Made by a program: the position numbers and the translations under genes. A DNA stretch of 64,000 nucleotides from a virus: the IMG/VR virus record IMGVR_UViG_3300047160_020099, positions 32,001-96,000 of that record. The stretch is one strand, 5' to 3'. Within the stretch, counting starts at the first letter, position 1. Every line of letters begins with the position of its first letter. Shown piece after piece: positions 19,201 through 28,289 of the stretch. The notes under the pieces were generated by a model, which was given only the letters and a program-made list of their open reading frames with translations, was not told where the DNA came from and did not search any database.

Positions 19201-20848
19201 AGGGCCGTTCCGCACGCTGGTACTGACCAACAACATGTCGGCGGCCATGCAGGGTGCCAGCGACCTGTCTGTTACCTTGTACATCAAGGAGAACATGACG
19301 GTCCCGCAGCAGCGACTGTCGTCGCCGCCCAACCTGAACTGGACGGTTACCCAGGCTGCCATCACTGTTAACTCCGGGCTGACTGCCTACAACCCGACGC
19401 TGACCAACGGCGGCGTGCCTTTCTCGGTGCCGGTCGTCTCTGGCCTGGACACCGTGATGTACGCCAACTACCGCGAATGGTTGATGACTTACGCACAGGT
19501 GCTGACGCCCGTCAGCGTGCCTGTCAGCAGCGACCCGCTGACCGTTGCGACCACAGCGCTGGGTACGGTGGACCCGGACAACCCGCTGGCCTACGGCGTC
19601 TACAAGGCCTTGCTGAATTGCAATGGCACCCTACTGTACTTCAGCGCTTCTGGAGACCCCACGGTCGAGGCCAACTGGGCTGGCTGTCTGGCGATCCTGG
19701 CTGGCCTGAAGAACATCCGTCACCTGGTGCCACTGACAGCCAACCAGGCTGTGCTGACCGCTTACCAGCAGCACATCGATACGCAGTCGGACGACAACGT
19801 CGGTGGCGAGTGGCGGTTCGGCCTGTTCAATCTGAAGGCCCAGACATCGATCCCGGTCGTCTTCGGACCACCGACCTCGACGACGCTCAACCTTACGCCT
19901 ACGACGTCGGACGGCAATGCGGCCAACGCCACGATTGCCAACAATCCGTTGCTCACCGGTACCAACTACACGTACGTTGCTTGCACGACCCGCAACGGCA
20001 AGTTCGTGACCAACGGCGTGCAGCCTGGCGACGTGATGAGGTTCCTGTTCACTCAGGATGCCTTCGGCAATCCATCCTGGACTTCGTTTACCGTCCTGTC
20101 GGTTGTCAACGAGGACACGCTCACACTGGCGGCCGGGCCTAACGCGGCTGTCAGTACGGCGCAGCGGTTCGAGATCTGGCGTAACTTGACGTCCAACCAG
20201 GTCGCCGACAACCTGGCCGACACGATCGAGGCCACGAACGACCGGCGTATCGCTTATGTGTGGCCCGACTTCATGCTGGACGGCGGCCAGCAGGTTGACG
20301 GCGTCTTCCTCTGTGCAGCCATCGGTGGCTTCCTCTCCGGCATCGCCCCTCACCAAGGCATCCGGTATGTCGCGATCGGCGGCTTCGACGGTTCGGTGCC
20401 AAGGAGCCAGCAGTTCTTCACCAATGCACAGTTGCAGATCTTGAAGACGGCCGGTGCCATCGTCGTTACGGCCGACGAGTTCAGCAACGTCTACTCGATG
20501 TGTGCGTTGACGACCTCGCAGAGTGGTGTGATCGATGACGAGAGTGAACAGGCGGTGCGGACCAACGACGCTCTCAAGTACAGCTTCTATAACGCTACCC
20601 AACAGTTCTTTGGGAAGGCGAACATCACACCGACGGCAATGAGCATGATCAACGCTCAGGTGCAAGGAGCCATCCAGACGGCCAAGCAGCAAACGAACAT
20701 CAATCGAATTGGGCCACTGCTCACAGATGGCTCGATCAACACACTGAGGCCGCACGCCACCATACGCGATCGCATCGTACTCATCGTCAATGTCACGTAC
20801 AGTTACGCTGTGGATGATGCCACGGTGTCGGTGATCATCGGTACGTGA
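16208..20848 (+). CDS. Contractile tail sheath protein (1546 aa) with five inserted repeat domains
   Basis: Sheath-like C-terminus (DNPLAYGVYKAL, RRIAYVWPD, AAIGG..SG..PHQG, PHATIRDRIV); GGAGGT RBS; tube gene downstream. Confidence 0.85.
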   Translation: MPSLVLDQATVFKEFTDNIPVDIYGSLRSHVCGGHAALHRYKAPAEKPTIALGAYNSVQNQAYAWPGLVSPTSVIDLSYFQLFIDNAYLQYYQDLIGSGDTIAPVTNFPNRIRALATNWVANGTSYPRAAGLFDRDVRIGDWIYLSGGGDTLWTSVASILPDSLSGTVGSASGDPGNYGSQSASTTSSQTGGSSNYISLSSITGTYYDGSPTGDLSETYTLVVTTASTGGDATLARFSVASASGRDNVASVQPAAFGTAFAVGTRGLRITFTNTNTGNPLTGGATPIDFIVGQTWQVTVLQAWTPPNATSGGSYIGTANQKYIVTVTRGGLYQVQLPITAPTATPTVSPTGGGPTGGNLQAGTYYVKYTYVNAIGETTPSPESTQFTVATGNVPQVTLPALPTGVTSINLYLTPTNGASGTEVLYATSITTTTYNLSAAVTQQPPTSNNAIGVESAPTVVPTVNPTGGGATGGALQAGVFYLKYTYVNANGETAPSPESAAFTVASTNQPQVTLPALPAGVTSISLYITPPGGASGGECIRYATGITTTTYTMATASIKLPPTTNTTSPSVTNPAFTPTVSASGGGSSGGKLPAGVYYLKVTYTGTSGETLPGPESASFTVVAGGVPQITNVPTAAPTNATGFNVYLTPVGSASGSEVLYSTANAFPGGGTYNLSTAFPTTAGSPPGSNTTNPAVSNPATTPTVNVTGGGASGGLLPPGAYYVKYTYSGKGGETQASSESTLFTVAAGNIPQVTLPSLPTNVTAINLYLTPTGGASGSEILYAQGITTVTYNLALPLPVQTPPPGPNTAATFSLSNPSIAPTVNATGGGTTGGNLTAGSYRLDYTWVGGVSGETLSSVEAAFTIGAGNIPQVTIPSLPNGVSGANIYLTQPGGAAGSETKFPSAVNQAGPTINLNASSTSGLVGRPPTTTTATALGANPSPPQVTVTTSSGLDSSGPTNVTAATTNVSIGTEGVLMQWSGNGLRKSDLYTLQATEVAQGPFRTLVLTNNMSAAMQGASDLSVTLYIKENMTVPQQRLSSPPNLNWTVTQAAITVNSGLTAYNPTLTNGGVPFSVPVVSGLDTVMYANYREWLMTYAQVLTPVSVPVSSDPLTVATTALGTVDPDNPLAYGVYKALLNCNGTLLYFSASGDPTVEANWAGCLAILAGLKNIRHLVPLTANQAVLTAYQQHIDTQSDDNVGGEWRFGLFNLKAQTSIPVVFGPPTSTTLNLTPTTSDGNAANATIANNPLLTGTNYTYVACTTRNGKFVTNGVQPGDVMRFLFTQDAFGNPSWTSFTVLSVVNEDTLTLAAGPNAAVSTAQRFEIWRNLTSNQVADNLADTIEATNDRRIAYVWPDFMLDGGQQVDGVFLCAAIGGFLSGIAPHQGIRYVAIGGFDGSVPRSQQFFTNAQLQILKTAGAIVVTADEFSNVYSMCALTTSQSGVIDDESEQAVRTNDALKYSFYNATQQFFGKANITPTAMSMINAQVQGAIQTAKQQTNINRIGPLLTDGSINTLRPHATIRDRIVLIVNVTYSYAVDDATVSVIIGT
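17225..19010 (+). repeat. Five tandem ~118-aa repeat domains within the sheath (approximate bounds)
   Basis: PTV..TGGG..GG.L.AG.YY.KYTY....GET.PS.ES..FTV..G..PQVT.P.LP.GV..INLY.T..GGASG.E repeated five times. Confidence 0.85.
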
Positions 20849-20855
20849 GGTAGCT

Positions 20856-21431
20856 ATGCCGGAAGTATTCGAATACTGCTCTGAGGAACGGCGGATGGTC
20901 GAGACAACGACCAAGAAATGTCGTCGTTGCAAAGAGGTGAAGCCGCTGGCGGAGTTCAACAGGCAGCAACGAACCCCTGATGGCTTGAACTACTATTGCC
21001 GGCAGTGCCAGAGCGAATGGAACCGGAAATGGGCAGCCGAGTTGTCTGAAGAGAAGCGGGAGGCTCGCAAGAAATACAATCAAGAATGGCGAGATAGCCA
21101 TCGTGACAGACTGCGAGCCAAACAGCCCCGAAATCAGCGCAAGTCGAATTACGGGCTAGATGACACGATCTATCAACAGATGCTTCGTGATCAGAATGGC
21201 CGATGTGCGATTTGCGGTGAGCTGGAGACAACGGAACTGCGAGGTAAAGTTTGGAGTCTCTCGGTTGATCACGATCACGTAACCGGACAGATACGTGGGC
21301 TGCTGTGCAGGCGATGTAACTCCATGCTTGGACACGTTCAAGATAATCCAAGCTTGCTGGAGAAAGCGATAGCTTATCTCCTTAAACACCAACCGACCGA
21401 CATGGTCGTGCCTCCGAATAAGGGAGATTAA
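20856..21431 (+). CDS. Endonuclease VII-family (His-Me) free-standing endonuclease
   Basis: KCRRCKEVKPL.EF...YCRQC N-terminus; QNGRCAICG...SVDHDHVTGQIRGLLCRRCN motif. Confidence 0.92.
   Translation: MPEVFEYCSEERRMVETTTKKCRRCKEVKPLAEFNRQQRTPDGLNYYCRQCQSEWNRKWAAELSEEKREARKKYNQEWRDSHRDRLRAKQPRNQRKSNYGLDDTIYQQMLRDQNGRCAICGELETTELRGKVWSLSVDHDHVTGQIRGLLCRRCNSMLGHVQDNPSLLEKAIAYLLKHQPTDMVVPPNKGD
20864..20877. repeat. Dispersed 14-bp palindrome AGTATTCGAATACT
   Basis: Perfect palindrome at the sheath/endonuclease junction. Confidence 0.7.
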
Positions 21432-21436
21432 AGACA

Positions 21437-21910
21437 ATGGCGGTCACAGATGTCTTCGGAAGACTGCCCCTGGAGTTTGGTGGAGCCTTCGCTGCCGACG
21501 CGGCTATTGCAACTTTCGGCGGCGTGGCCGGTGGTGGTGTGGGACTTCTAACGCAACAAATACAACTCGGATATCAACAGTCTATTACTAGATTGTACGA
21601 AGTCGGCACCCGTGCCACCTTCTACGTCGCTGGCCGTTCCCAGGGCAACGCCAACGTATCCCGCGTGCTTGGTCCCCGACCAGTGAGCGCAGCCTTCTAC
21701 GCTGCCTACGGCAACATCTGTAACGCAGCCGCCAACACCTTGATCTTCCAGGTCATCAGTGGCTGTAACGTTGCCGGCGACACTGGTGCGGGCTTGACCT
21801 TCGCGGCCATCGGTGTTGTGATCGTATCCCTGGGTATGACGGTCACCGCCGAGAACATGATCATCAACGAAGCCCTGGCACTGATGTACGTCGCTCTTCT
21901 GGCCAGCTGA
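21437..21910 (+). CDS. Tail tube protein
   Basis: 157 aa after sheath; QQIQLGYQQSITRLYEVG...YVAGR.QG pattern. Confidence 0.8.
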   Translation: MAVTDVFGRLPLEFGGAFAADAAIATFGGVAGGGVGLLTQQIQLGYQQSITRLYEVGTRATFYVAGRSQGNANVSRVLGPRPVSAAFYAAYGNICNAAANTLIFQVISGCNVAGDTGAGLTFAAIGVVIVSLGMTVTAENMIINEALALMYVALLAS

Positions 21911-21928
21911 CCCGCGTGACAGCCAGGC

Positions 21929-21968
21929 AAGCCCGTCAGAAAAGCGTCATGCTTTCCTGACGGGCTTT
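21929..21968 (+). terminator. Stem-loop, possible terminator or mRNA stabiliser after the tube gene
   Basis: AAGCCCGTCAG/CTGACGGGCTT stem with inner AAAGC/GCTTT; only a short T tail. Confidence 0.6.
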
Positions 21969-21982
21969 AGTATTGGAATACT
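21969..21982. repeat. Dispersed 14-bp palindrome AGTATTGGAATACT
   Basis: Exact arms; intergenic. Confidence 0.7.
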
Positions 21983-21994
21983 ACGAGGTCAAGG

Positions 21995-24577
21995 ATGCCA
22001 GAGCGGGCTTACTCGCTGGAGCTTCGCGGGTCCCGGGATTTCCCGGGTCCTGTCGGCAACACCCGTCCCCACCAAGACCCGACCGTTTCCTCTGGCTTGC
22101 ACAGCATGGGGCTGCACGTCGAGCCCCGCCTCCTCTTCGGCCGGATCGTCGATTGCGTCGCGTACGGCCATCTCTACAAGGTCCAGCTGGAACGTAGCGG
22201 TCAGATCATCCTTTGCACGTCTTCCGGTCAAGGCACTTTCCAGCTTGTCGGCGCCCGCGTCATCAACACCTACAACTACGGGTGCGGCGTCATCGTCTTC
22301 TACCACCCGCAGTCGCCTCTCGGCTTCATCCTCTGTGCCCTGCCCGATTTCATGTTTGACGGCACCAGCGGCATGGCCGACTTCCTCGTGCAGGGTTCCA
22401 ACGTCGGCCTTCGCACTGACGGCGTTCACAAATTCCCGTTCTTCATGGCTGGTGCCGGCGGCCTGGAAGACCGTTCTGGTGGCCGACCGTTCGACAGCTT
22501 GCCTGTCGGCGAATGGGGCGCTATCACCGAGACCGGGCTAGCTTTCTTCCTCGATCCATTTCTGGCTTATATGCGAGTGGACGAGGAGACAGGACTCTTC
22601 CTCTTCTATCACGACCAGCTGGCCCGTCTTGCCGGCCACAACTTGCAAATCTGGTCAGCCGGCCGACAGCGCGAAGAGCTTGACGATCAGAACGAGTTCA
22701 TCGGTGAGGAAGGCTGGACACACCAGCTCTTCGAGGCCCGCGGCACCTTCGGGCCGTTGACTGGTACTGCCGTTTCCCGCTCCTACGGTTCTTCCGACAC
22801 CCAAGTCGCGTCACCCTGGTATTCGGCACTGGAGCCGGCCTATGACGACCAGGTGCCTTTCCACCGGCGCCGCAGCTACAGAGGCTATCTCGGGCAAGGC
22901 GGCACAGAAGTGCTGGCACTGCCGCCCGTTGGTGCCTACAACGACTCGTTCAACCGGCTCTCTGAACCACCGACCATACCCGGGGCCTTCGAAGAGGGTG
23001 TGGGCGTAGACGGCACCTACGCACTGCGCTCGGCCAAGTCCGTCATCATTTCGAAGTGTCCGAACATCCCGGTGCCAGCCAGGAAAGCTGCTCCAGACGA
23101 CCCGGAAGGCGACACGCCAACCGACTACAAGTTTGCTGGCATTTACGGCTCCGGCCCTTCACATTCGGTCCATGACATTTCCGGTCCGTCGTCCGGTACC
23201 CCCAGCCAGGTACGAGCCGCTGCCGTTGCCGACTACTACGACTTCGTCTTCAACTGGAAGGCCTGGCGACACGCCTTCCACTACCACACGCTCGACTGGT
23301 ATCTGCCGGACGAGTCCGGCATGCCAATGGAAAGCAACATGGCTTCCGGCGTGCCGAGTTACGGCTCCCTGGCAACCCAGCAGTACCTGCCCACGCCAAC
23401 GTCGTTCACGCTCAAGGTTGACGAGCGCTACGGCAACATCATCTACTTCCCGAACAACGCCTTCATCGCTCTCCTCGAAGACGGCGGCATCATGTTCGTG
23501 GACGGCTGGGGCAGTGAGTTCCTCATGTCAGCCGGCTCCATACGTCAATCCTGTGCCGGCGACCATTGGGTTGTGGCAGGCCGCAACGCCAACGTGCTGG
23601 CCGGCTATGACGTCATCCAGCGAGCTAACAACGAAGTCAACCTGACCGCCAATCTGGGCAACGTGCGTGTCGAAGCCTACCAGAGCGTCATGGCGCTTGC
23701 AGGCAACGGCGGCTGTGGTGGCTTCCTGTTTGAGAGCAGGGCCATACAGGCCGGTTATGCGTACGACGCACACAACCCTGTGTGTTCCGGCTTTCTTGTC
23801 CGCTGCAAGGAGAGCCCTGTTGTGCTGCTCGGCGCCGACATGCTGATCTCCACACGTTACCCGTCGCAGGGCGGTCACATCGTGCTCGACGCCGGCACTG
23901 CCAAGACCATGCTGCACGGCAGCGACATCGAATTGCAGGCCACATACTCGGTGCTACTGGCGGCTGACGGCACGGCGTTTGAATTCTGGAGTGACGAGGC
24001 GAATTTTGGTGCCGACGTCGGTATCGATGGCAAGCTGGTCGCAACCGACTGCGGCATGTTTGGTACCAGTGTCTCGTCGCCTACCGTAGCCGGCAGCCTG
24101 GCCACTTACACGTCCGGCGTGGCTTCTACTGTTACTACCGCCAAGACAGCAGTCGCTGACCGGGCAACTGTAGCCAACGCTTACGCAGTGGCAGCACTTG
24201 CCGACATACAGGAACTGTATACTGCCGCACCGGCTATTGTTTCGGTACAATTTGAGCACCGTGACCAGGCTGACTATTTGACAACCGGCATGAGTTTCTA
24301 CGAGCCACGCTGGCACCAGATAGCCCGGCTGAGTGGGCAGACACTGGCGTACTGGACCGAGACTCCTTGCACAGACGACGCGGCCAATGTGACCTATCCG
24401 TACCCTGGCAAGACTGTCTGGCTAGGTTCGCATTACGCCAAGGAGAACCTGGCTCTGCACAACCAGGTCACCAACCTGGCAGCCGACCGCGGTTCGACTT
24501 ATGAGACCGCTGCATATGACTCGCCCAGCTTTGTGGTAATGGACGGTAACTTCCCAGTGATCGTTAACCCCTCATAA
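21995..24577 (+). CDS. Putative baseplate central spike (gp5/VgrG-like) protein
   Basis: OB-fold-like N-terminus; beta-helix-like segment (FIALLEDGGIMFVDGWGSEFLMSAGSI); position; function inferred. Confidence 0.55.
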   Translation: MPERAYSLELRGSRDFPGPVGNTRPHQDPTVSSGLHSMGLHVEPRLLFGRIVDCVAYGHLYKVQLERSGQIILCTSSGQGTFQLVGARVINTYNYGCGVIVFYHPQSPLGFILCALPDFMFDGTSGMADFLVQGSNVGLRTDGVHKFPFFMAGAGGLEDRSGGRPFDSLPVGEWGAITETGLAFFLDPFLAYMRVDEETGLFLFYHDQLARLAGHNLQIWSAGRQREELDDQNEFIGEEGWTHQLFEARGTFGPLTGTAVSRSYGSSDTQVASPWYSALEPAYDDQVPFHRRRSYRGYLGQGGTEVLALPPVGAYNDSFNRLSEPPTIPGAFEEGVGVDGTYALRSAKSVIISKCPNIPVPARKAAPDDPEGDTPTDYKFAGIYGSGPSHSVHDISGPSSGTPSQVRAAAVADYYDFVFNWKAWRHAFHYHTLDWYLPDESGMPMESNMASGVPSYGSLATQQYLPTPTSFTLKVDERYGNIIYFPNNAFIALLEDGGIMFVDGWGSEFLMSAGSIRQSCAGDHWVVAGRNANVLAGYDVIQRANNEVNLTANLGNVRVEAYQSVMALAGNGGCGGFLFESRAIQAGYAYDAHNPVCSGFLVRCKESPVVLLGADMLISTRYPSQGGHIVLDAGTAKTMLHGSDIELQATYSVLLAADGTAFEFWSDEANFGADVGIDGKLVATDCGMFGTSVSSPTVAGSLATYTSGVASTVTTAKTAVADRATVANAYAVAALADIQELYTAAPAIVSVQFEHRDQADYLTTGMSFYEPRWHQIARLSGQTLAYWTETPCTDDAANVTYPYPGKTVWLGSHYAKENLALHNQVTNLAADRGSTYETAAYDSPSFVVMDGNFPVIVNPS

Positions 24578-24587
24578 CGGAGGACAA

Positions 24588-25682
24588 ATGAACGATTTCA
24601 ATCTCATCGGCGACCGCAGGCCACAGCCTCCTGTCAGGCCGAAGCAAGTCAACACCCTGTCCGGTAGGCTACCTCTGCCTGCTGGCGTCGTACTCCACGA
24701 GAGTGAGACACAGGACCTCAGACCCTTTGGCTGGGAACAGGGCGATCCCATCCCACCGGATTTTGCCCAGGCACTGTCGCAAGCCCGTGCTGAGGCGCTC
24801 GATGACGTGCAAAGCGGCAAGCTGCACGATGTCGGGGACATCCCGCCCCTGAGAACGCCAGAGGAAGTACCGCTTCACCTGCTCGCTCCGGAACGTCGTA
24901 AAGAGCTGGAGGAGATGGTCACGACCTACAGGCGACTCGCGCCGCAGATAGCTGCTGCCGCAGCCGAACAGCAGTCACCTCAGCAGCAGATGACGGGTAT
25001 TGACCCGAGCGTGCGTCGGGCCATTCACGCTGCCATGGCCAGGGACGGCATCCAGTTCCCAGCCGCTGAACCTGCAGCGCCGGCACCGGAAGCGGCACCG
25101 GAGGTTGCCAAGCCCTCCTCGCCGGCTGCTCCCTCTCTGCCACAACGTTGCCCAAGCTGTCTGTATGACCTGGTGAACGGGACCGTCGTCGAGCCGACCG
25201 AAGACGACAAGGTCAACTTCGTCGGGGCCATTCTTGGGCAGCAACGCTTCGTCAAGCAGTACACCTTCCTCGGTGGCCGGCTCCGTGTGGTGTTCCGGTC
25301 GGCCACGAGCAGTGACAGCAGTGCCGTGGCCGAGCAGCTTAGCCGCGATCAGCGTGATGGCCTCGTTCTCAACCTGGACGACATGTTCCGCCGCGGCTTC
25401 GACTATCGCACGATGCTGGCGCTGGACGTGGTCGAAACCGGAAACCAGGTCCTGCAAGTCGGTAAGGCTGTGGATGAGTTCCTGGCGAAGCCGCCTGGTG
25501 AATTCCTGGAGAGTAAGGCCGTGCTTCCGGCCATCCTGGAACGCCTGTTGGCCCGGCAGCCTTTCCAGAACGAGGCCGTGTGGGGCATGCTGCTCAATGC
25601 GTCCCGCCGCTTCAACGATCTGGTAAAGCTGCTGCAGGACAGAGCCGACAAGCCGGATTTTTGGAAGACGGTCGGGGGCTAA
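24588..25682 (+). CDS. Putative tail assembly chaperone
   Basis: GGAGG RBS; ends ADKPDFWK; two genes upstream of tape measure. Confidence 0.65.
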   Translation: MNDFNLIGDRRPQPPVRPKQVNTLSGRLPLPAGVVLHESETQDLRPFGWEQGDPIPPDFAQALSQARAEALDDVQSGKLHDVGDIPPLRTPEEVPLHLLAPERRKELEEMVTTYRRLAPQIAAAAAEQQSPQQQMTGIDPSVRRAIHAAMARDGIQFPAAEPAAPAPEAAPEVAKPSSPAAPSLPQRCPSCLYDLVNGTVVEPTEDDKVNFVGAILGQQRFVKQYTFLGGRLRVVFRSATSSDSSAVAEQLSRDQRDGLVLNLDDMFRRGFDYRTMLALDVVETGNQVLQVGKAVDEFLAKPPGEFLESKAVLPAILERLLARQPFQNEAVWGMLLNASRRFNDLVKLLQDRADKPDFWKTVGG

Positions 25683-26119
25683 TACTGCTCCGCGAGGCTC
25701 ACGTTCGGAAGTTGATCGACTTCCGCGAAGCCAAGTTCCTCGACCGTAACTGGTGGCTCTCTGCCGGCTGGGTTCTGGAGTGGCTGGAGAAGGAGCTCTA
25801 CGGCGAGGTGTATGGGCTGAAGTATGCCCTGCACCTTGCCCTGCTGGAGTACGCTCTCGAACAACGGACGTTCGACCTGCACTGGGAACAGGCACAGGAT
25901 TTCCAGGCGAGGATCATACGCCACAAGCTGCCTTGGCTGAAAATAGAGCATGGGCCTTCGCAGCAGGAGGTCAAGAGCATGGCGGCCAAGTGGGCTGAGA
26001 TTTTCGGCGACCCGAATGACCCGGAGGTTGCACAGAAGATTGAGGCCACGGCTGCCGCGCTGCGTTCTGGTGCTGCCGTTGGATTGGATCCGACAAGATT
26101 GGCTGGCAGGGTGAACTGA
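25580..26119 (+). CDS. Putative second tail assembly chaperone segment, possibly reached by -1 frameshift
   Basis: In the -1 frame relative to 24588 ORF; no clear RBS or ATG; GGATTTTTG at 25655-25663. Confidence 0.6.
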   Translation: MGHAAQCVPPLQRSGKAAAGQSRQAGFLEDGRGLILLREAHVRKLIDFREAKFLDRNWWLSAGWVLEWLEKELYGEVYGLKYALHLALLEYALEQRTFDLHWEQAQDFQARIIRHKLPWLKIEHGPSQQEVKSMAAKWAEIFGDPNDPEVAQKIEATAAALRSGAAVGLDPTRLAGRVN

Positions 26120-26121
26120 GT

Positions 26122-28287
26122 ATGCTGCCCTTTGACCCATCACGTCCGCGAGCAGACCCGCAGTTCAACGTCGGCGGGGCTATGGGGCTGCTGTCTCAGC
26201 TGTTCCAGGGGCCCGCCAACCAGATGATGGGCAGCCAGGGCTTTGTCCCTGGACAGTTCTCTCCCACCCAGAGCTTCTACTCGCGACTGGAAGGCCAGCA
26301 GTACAACCGCGAGATGATGGCGGCCATGAAGACAGCCGCCGAGTCCGACAAGCCTACCTACTCGGCCCTGGCACAGGGCGCCTGGAACCTTAGCCACAAA
26401 GATCAACCTTGGGGGCCACAGCAGCAACAGAGCGCAGCCGCTTTTGCCAACCAGATGGCAGCAGCTGGCCCGATGATGGCCCAGCTCTTCCCTGCCACTT
26501 TTGATTCCCTGCACGGACAGCGTGGTTCCGCGCAGGTCATGGCGATGAACGTCTTCGATGCTTCTCGCTTCTTGCAGACGCCGGGTGGAGCGCCAATGAG
26601 CGGTGCTGCCGCCGGCAACCTGACTCGCGGCTTGCACGAGCAACTTTTCGGCAAGGGAGCCAACCTTTCTGAGATGCACGGTCTGGGTGGCGGCCAGGCT
26701 GGCATGATGTTCGGCGAGATGGTCCGCCGTGGACAGATCGGGCAAGTCTCAGGAGATAACCGCACTGACACGTCACGCATTGCCGGACAGATGAAGGAGA
26801 TGTCTGGCGCCGTCAAGGCCATGCAGGAAATCTTCGGTGACGCCGGCCATCCCGATGCGCCGATGAAGGCGATCTTCGACGCGCTGGAAAAGGTCACGCA
26901 AGGTGGTCTCACCAGCATGAGCCCGGCCAATGTGCAGGGTATCGTCAGGCAGATGCATACCCTGGCCCACAACACCGGGCAGAGCTTCGAAGCTATTGCG
27001 GGCATGGTGAGTACCGGCGGGCAAATGGCCCAGGCCGTCGGGCTCAACCGGCAGTTTGGCGTCGTTTCGGCGATGGGTGCCGCTGGATTCAGTCAGGCTT
27101 TTGCGAATATGGCCGGACCACAAGGCTTTGGTGGACTCTCCCGTGACGAGGCCACACAACTGGACATGCGACTGCGTACGTCTGCTGCAGCAAGCGCCCG
27201 CGGCAACGACCTTGGTGCCATCGCCAATCTGGCCGAGCAGGGTCTTATCAGTGGCATCGGGTTCGACCCCAAAAGCGGTAGCATGACCGATGCCGGTAAG
27301 GCTGAGTTGCAAGGCATCATGCGGCAGGCAGCCAACCTGTCTCCGGACCAGCTTGGTGCGTTTCTAAAGAGTCGTGGTGTTAGCGAGCGTACTTTCTCCG
27401 CCTTCCGCAATGCGCGAGAAGCCAACCAGGGAGCGGGCTTGCGACACGGTGCTGGTGAGATCGCGAGAGAGAACCAGTGGAAAGACGTTGCCCCGATGAT
27501 GGAAAACGCCTTGGCGGCAGGGGCCATGAACGCTGGGGCCGGAGCACAAAGCGACCGCATCGGTCGTGTCATGCGAGGCATGCTTGAAGCTGGTGTCTTG
27601 TCGCCCGAAATGCTAAGCGATCCGACGAAGATTCGTGCGCGTAACAAGGCTATGCGGGATGCCTTGGCTGGGCAAGGTATCAACGTGAGCGACGAGGTCA
27701 TAGCCAATTCACTGAATGAACTGGACCAGACGGTCAGATCTGACCCAACGCTGAGTGCCTTCGGCAATATCAGTGGCGTGCTGGCCATGACCCGCCCAGG
27801 GATCCTGGCCCAGGGCAAGAAGAACGTGCAGGCAGCTGACGCTGCTGCCAAACTGGCGGGTGTTACCTCGGGCCTCGGGCAGCAAGACGTCGTTCAGAGA
27901 ATCTCTGATGCCATACAGAAGGCGAAACCAGGAGATGACGCGCTCAAGGTTGCCGCCGCAGCGCTCGGTGGCATTGACATGGAGCAGATCAAACAGGCTC
28001 TCGGTCCCGACGCCGAGAAGATCATCAAGGATATTGCGGGGGCAGCTACTGGAGATGGTGGGGGTGCGGCAGCTGCTAGTGTTGCTGGTGCAGTTGCTGG
28101 TGATAAGAAATTACCCGCTGGTATGGGTGGTGTTCTCGGTGCTCTTGCAGGTGTAGGTGGCGGTGGTGGCGGTGGTGGCGGTGGTGGCGGTGGCACCATG
28201 ACGATTACCGGTAACTTGAACTTGACTACCGGTGCGATCAAGGCCGAGGGACATACTGGCGACGCACCGTCTCCGGACACGAAGTAA
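26122..28287 (+). CDS. Putative tape measure protein
   Basis: Ala/Gly/Met/Gln-rich helical 721 aa after the chaperones; poly-Gly near C-terminus. Confidence 0.7.
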   Translation: MLPFDPSRPRADPQFNVGGAMGLLSQLFQGPANQMMGSQGFVPGQFSPTQSFYSRLEGQQYNREMMAAMKTAAESDKPTYSALAQGAWNLSHKDQPWGPQQQQSAAAFANQMAAAGPMMAQLFPATFDSLHGQRGSAQVMAMNVFDASRFLQTPGGAPMSGAAAGNLTRGLHEQLFGKGANLSEMHGLGGGQAGMMFGEMVRRGQIGQVSGDNRTDTSRIAGQMKEMSGAVKAMQEIFGDAGHPDAPMKAIFDALEKVTQGGLTSMSPANVQGIVRQMHTLAHNTGQSFEAIAGMVSTGGQMAQAVGLNRQFGVVSAMGAAGFSQAFANMAGPQGFGGLSRDEATQLDMRLRTSAAASARGNDLGAIANLAEQGLISGIGFDPKSGSMTDAGKAELQGIMRQAANLSPDQLGAFLKSRGVSERTFSAFRNAREANQGAGLRHGAGEIARENQWKDVAPMMENALAAGAMNAGAGAQSDRIGRVMRGMLEAGVLSPEMLSDPTKIRARNKAMRDALAGQGINVSDEVIANSLNELDQTVRSDPTLSAFGNISGVLAMTRPGILAQGKKNVQAADAAAKLAGVTSGLGQQDVVQRISDAIQKAKPGDDALKVAAAALGGIDMEQIKQALGPDAEKIIKDIAGAATGDGGGAAAASVAGAVAGDKKLPAGMGGVLGALAGVGGGGGGGGGGGGGTMTITGNLNLTTGAIKAEGHTGDAPSPDTK

Positions 28288-28289
28288 CG

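Noticed and set aside
28157-28194. GGT/GGC microsatellite as a phase-variation tract
   Set aside because: In-frame triplet repeat encoding poly-Gly; length change would not switch expression
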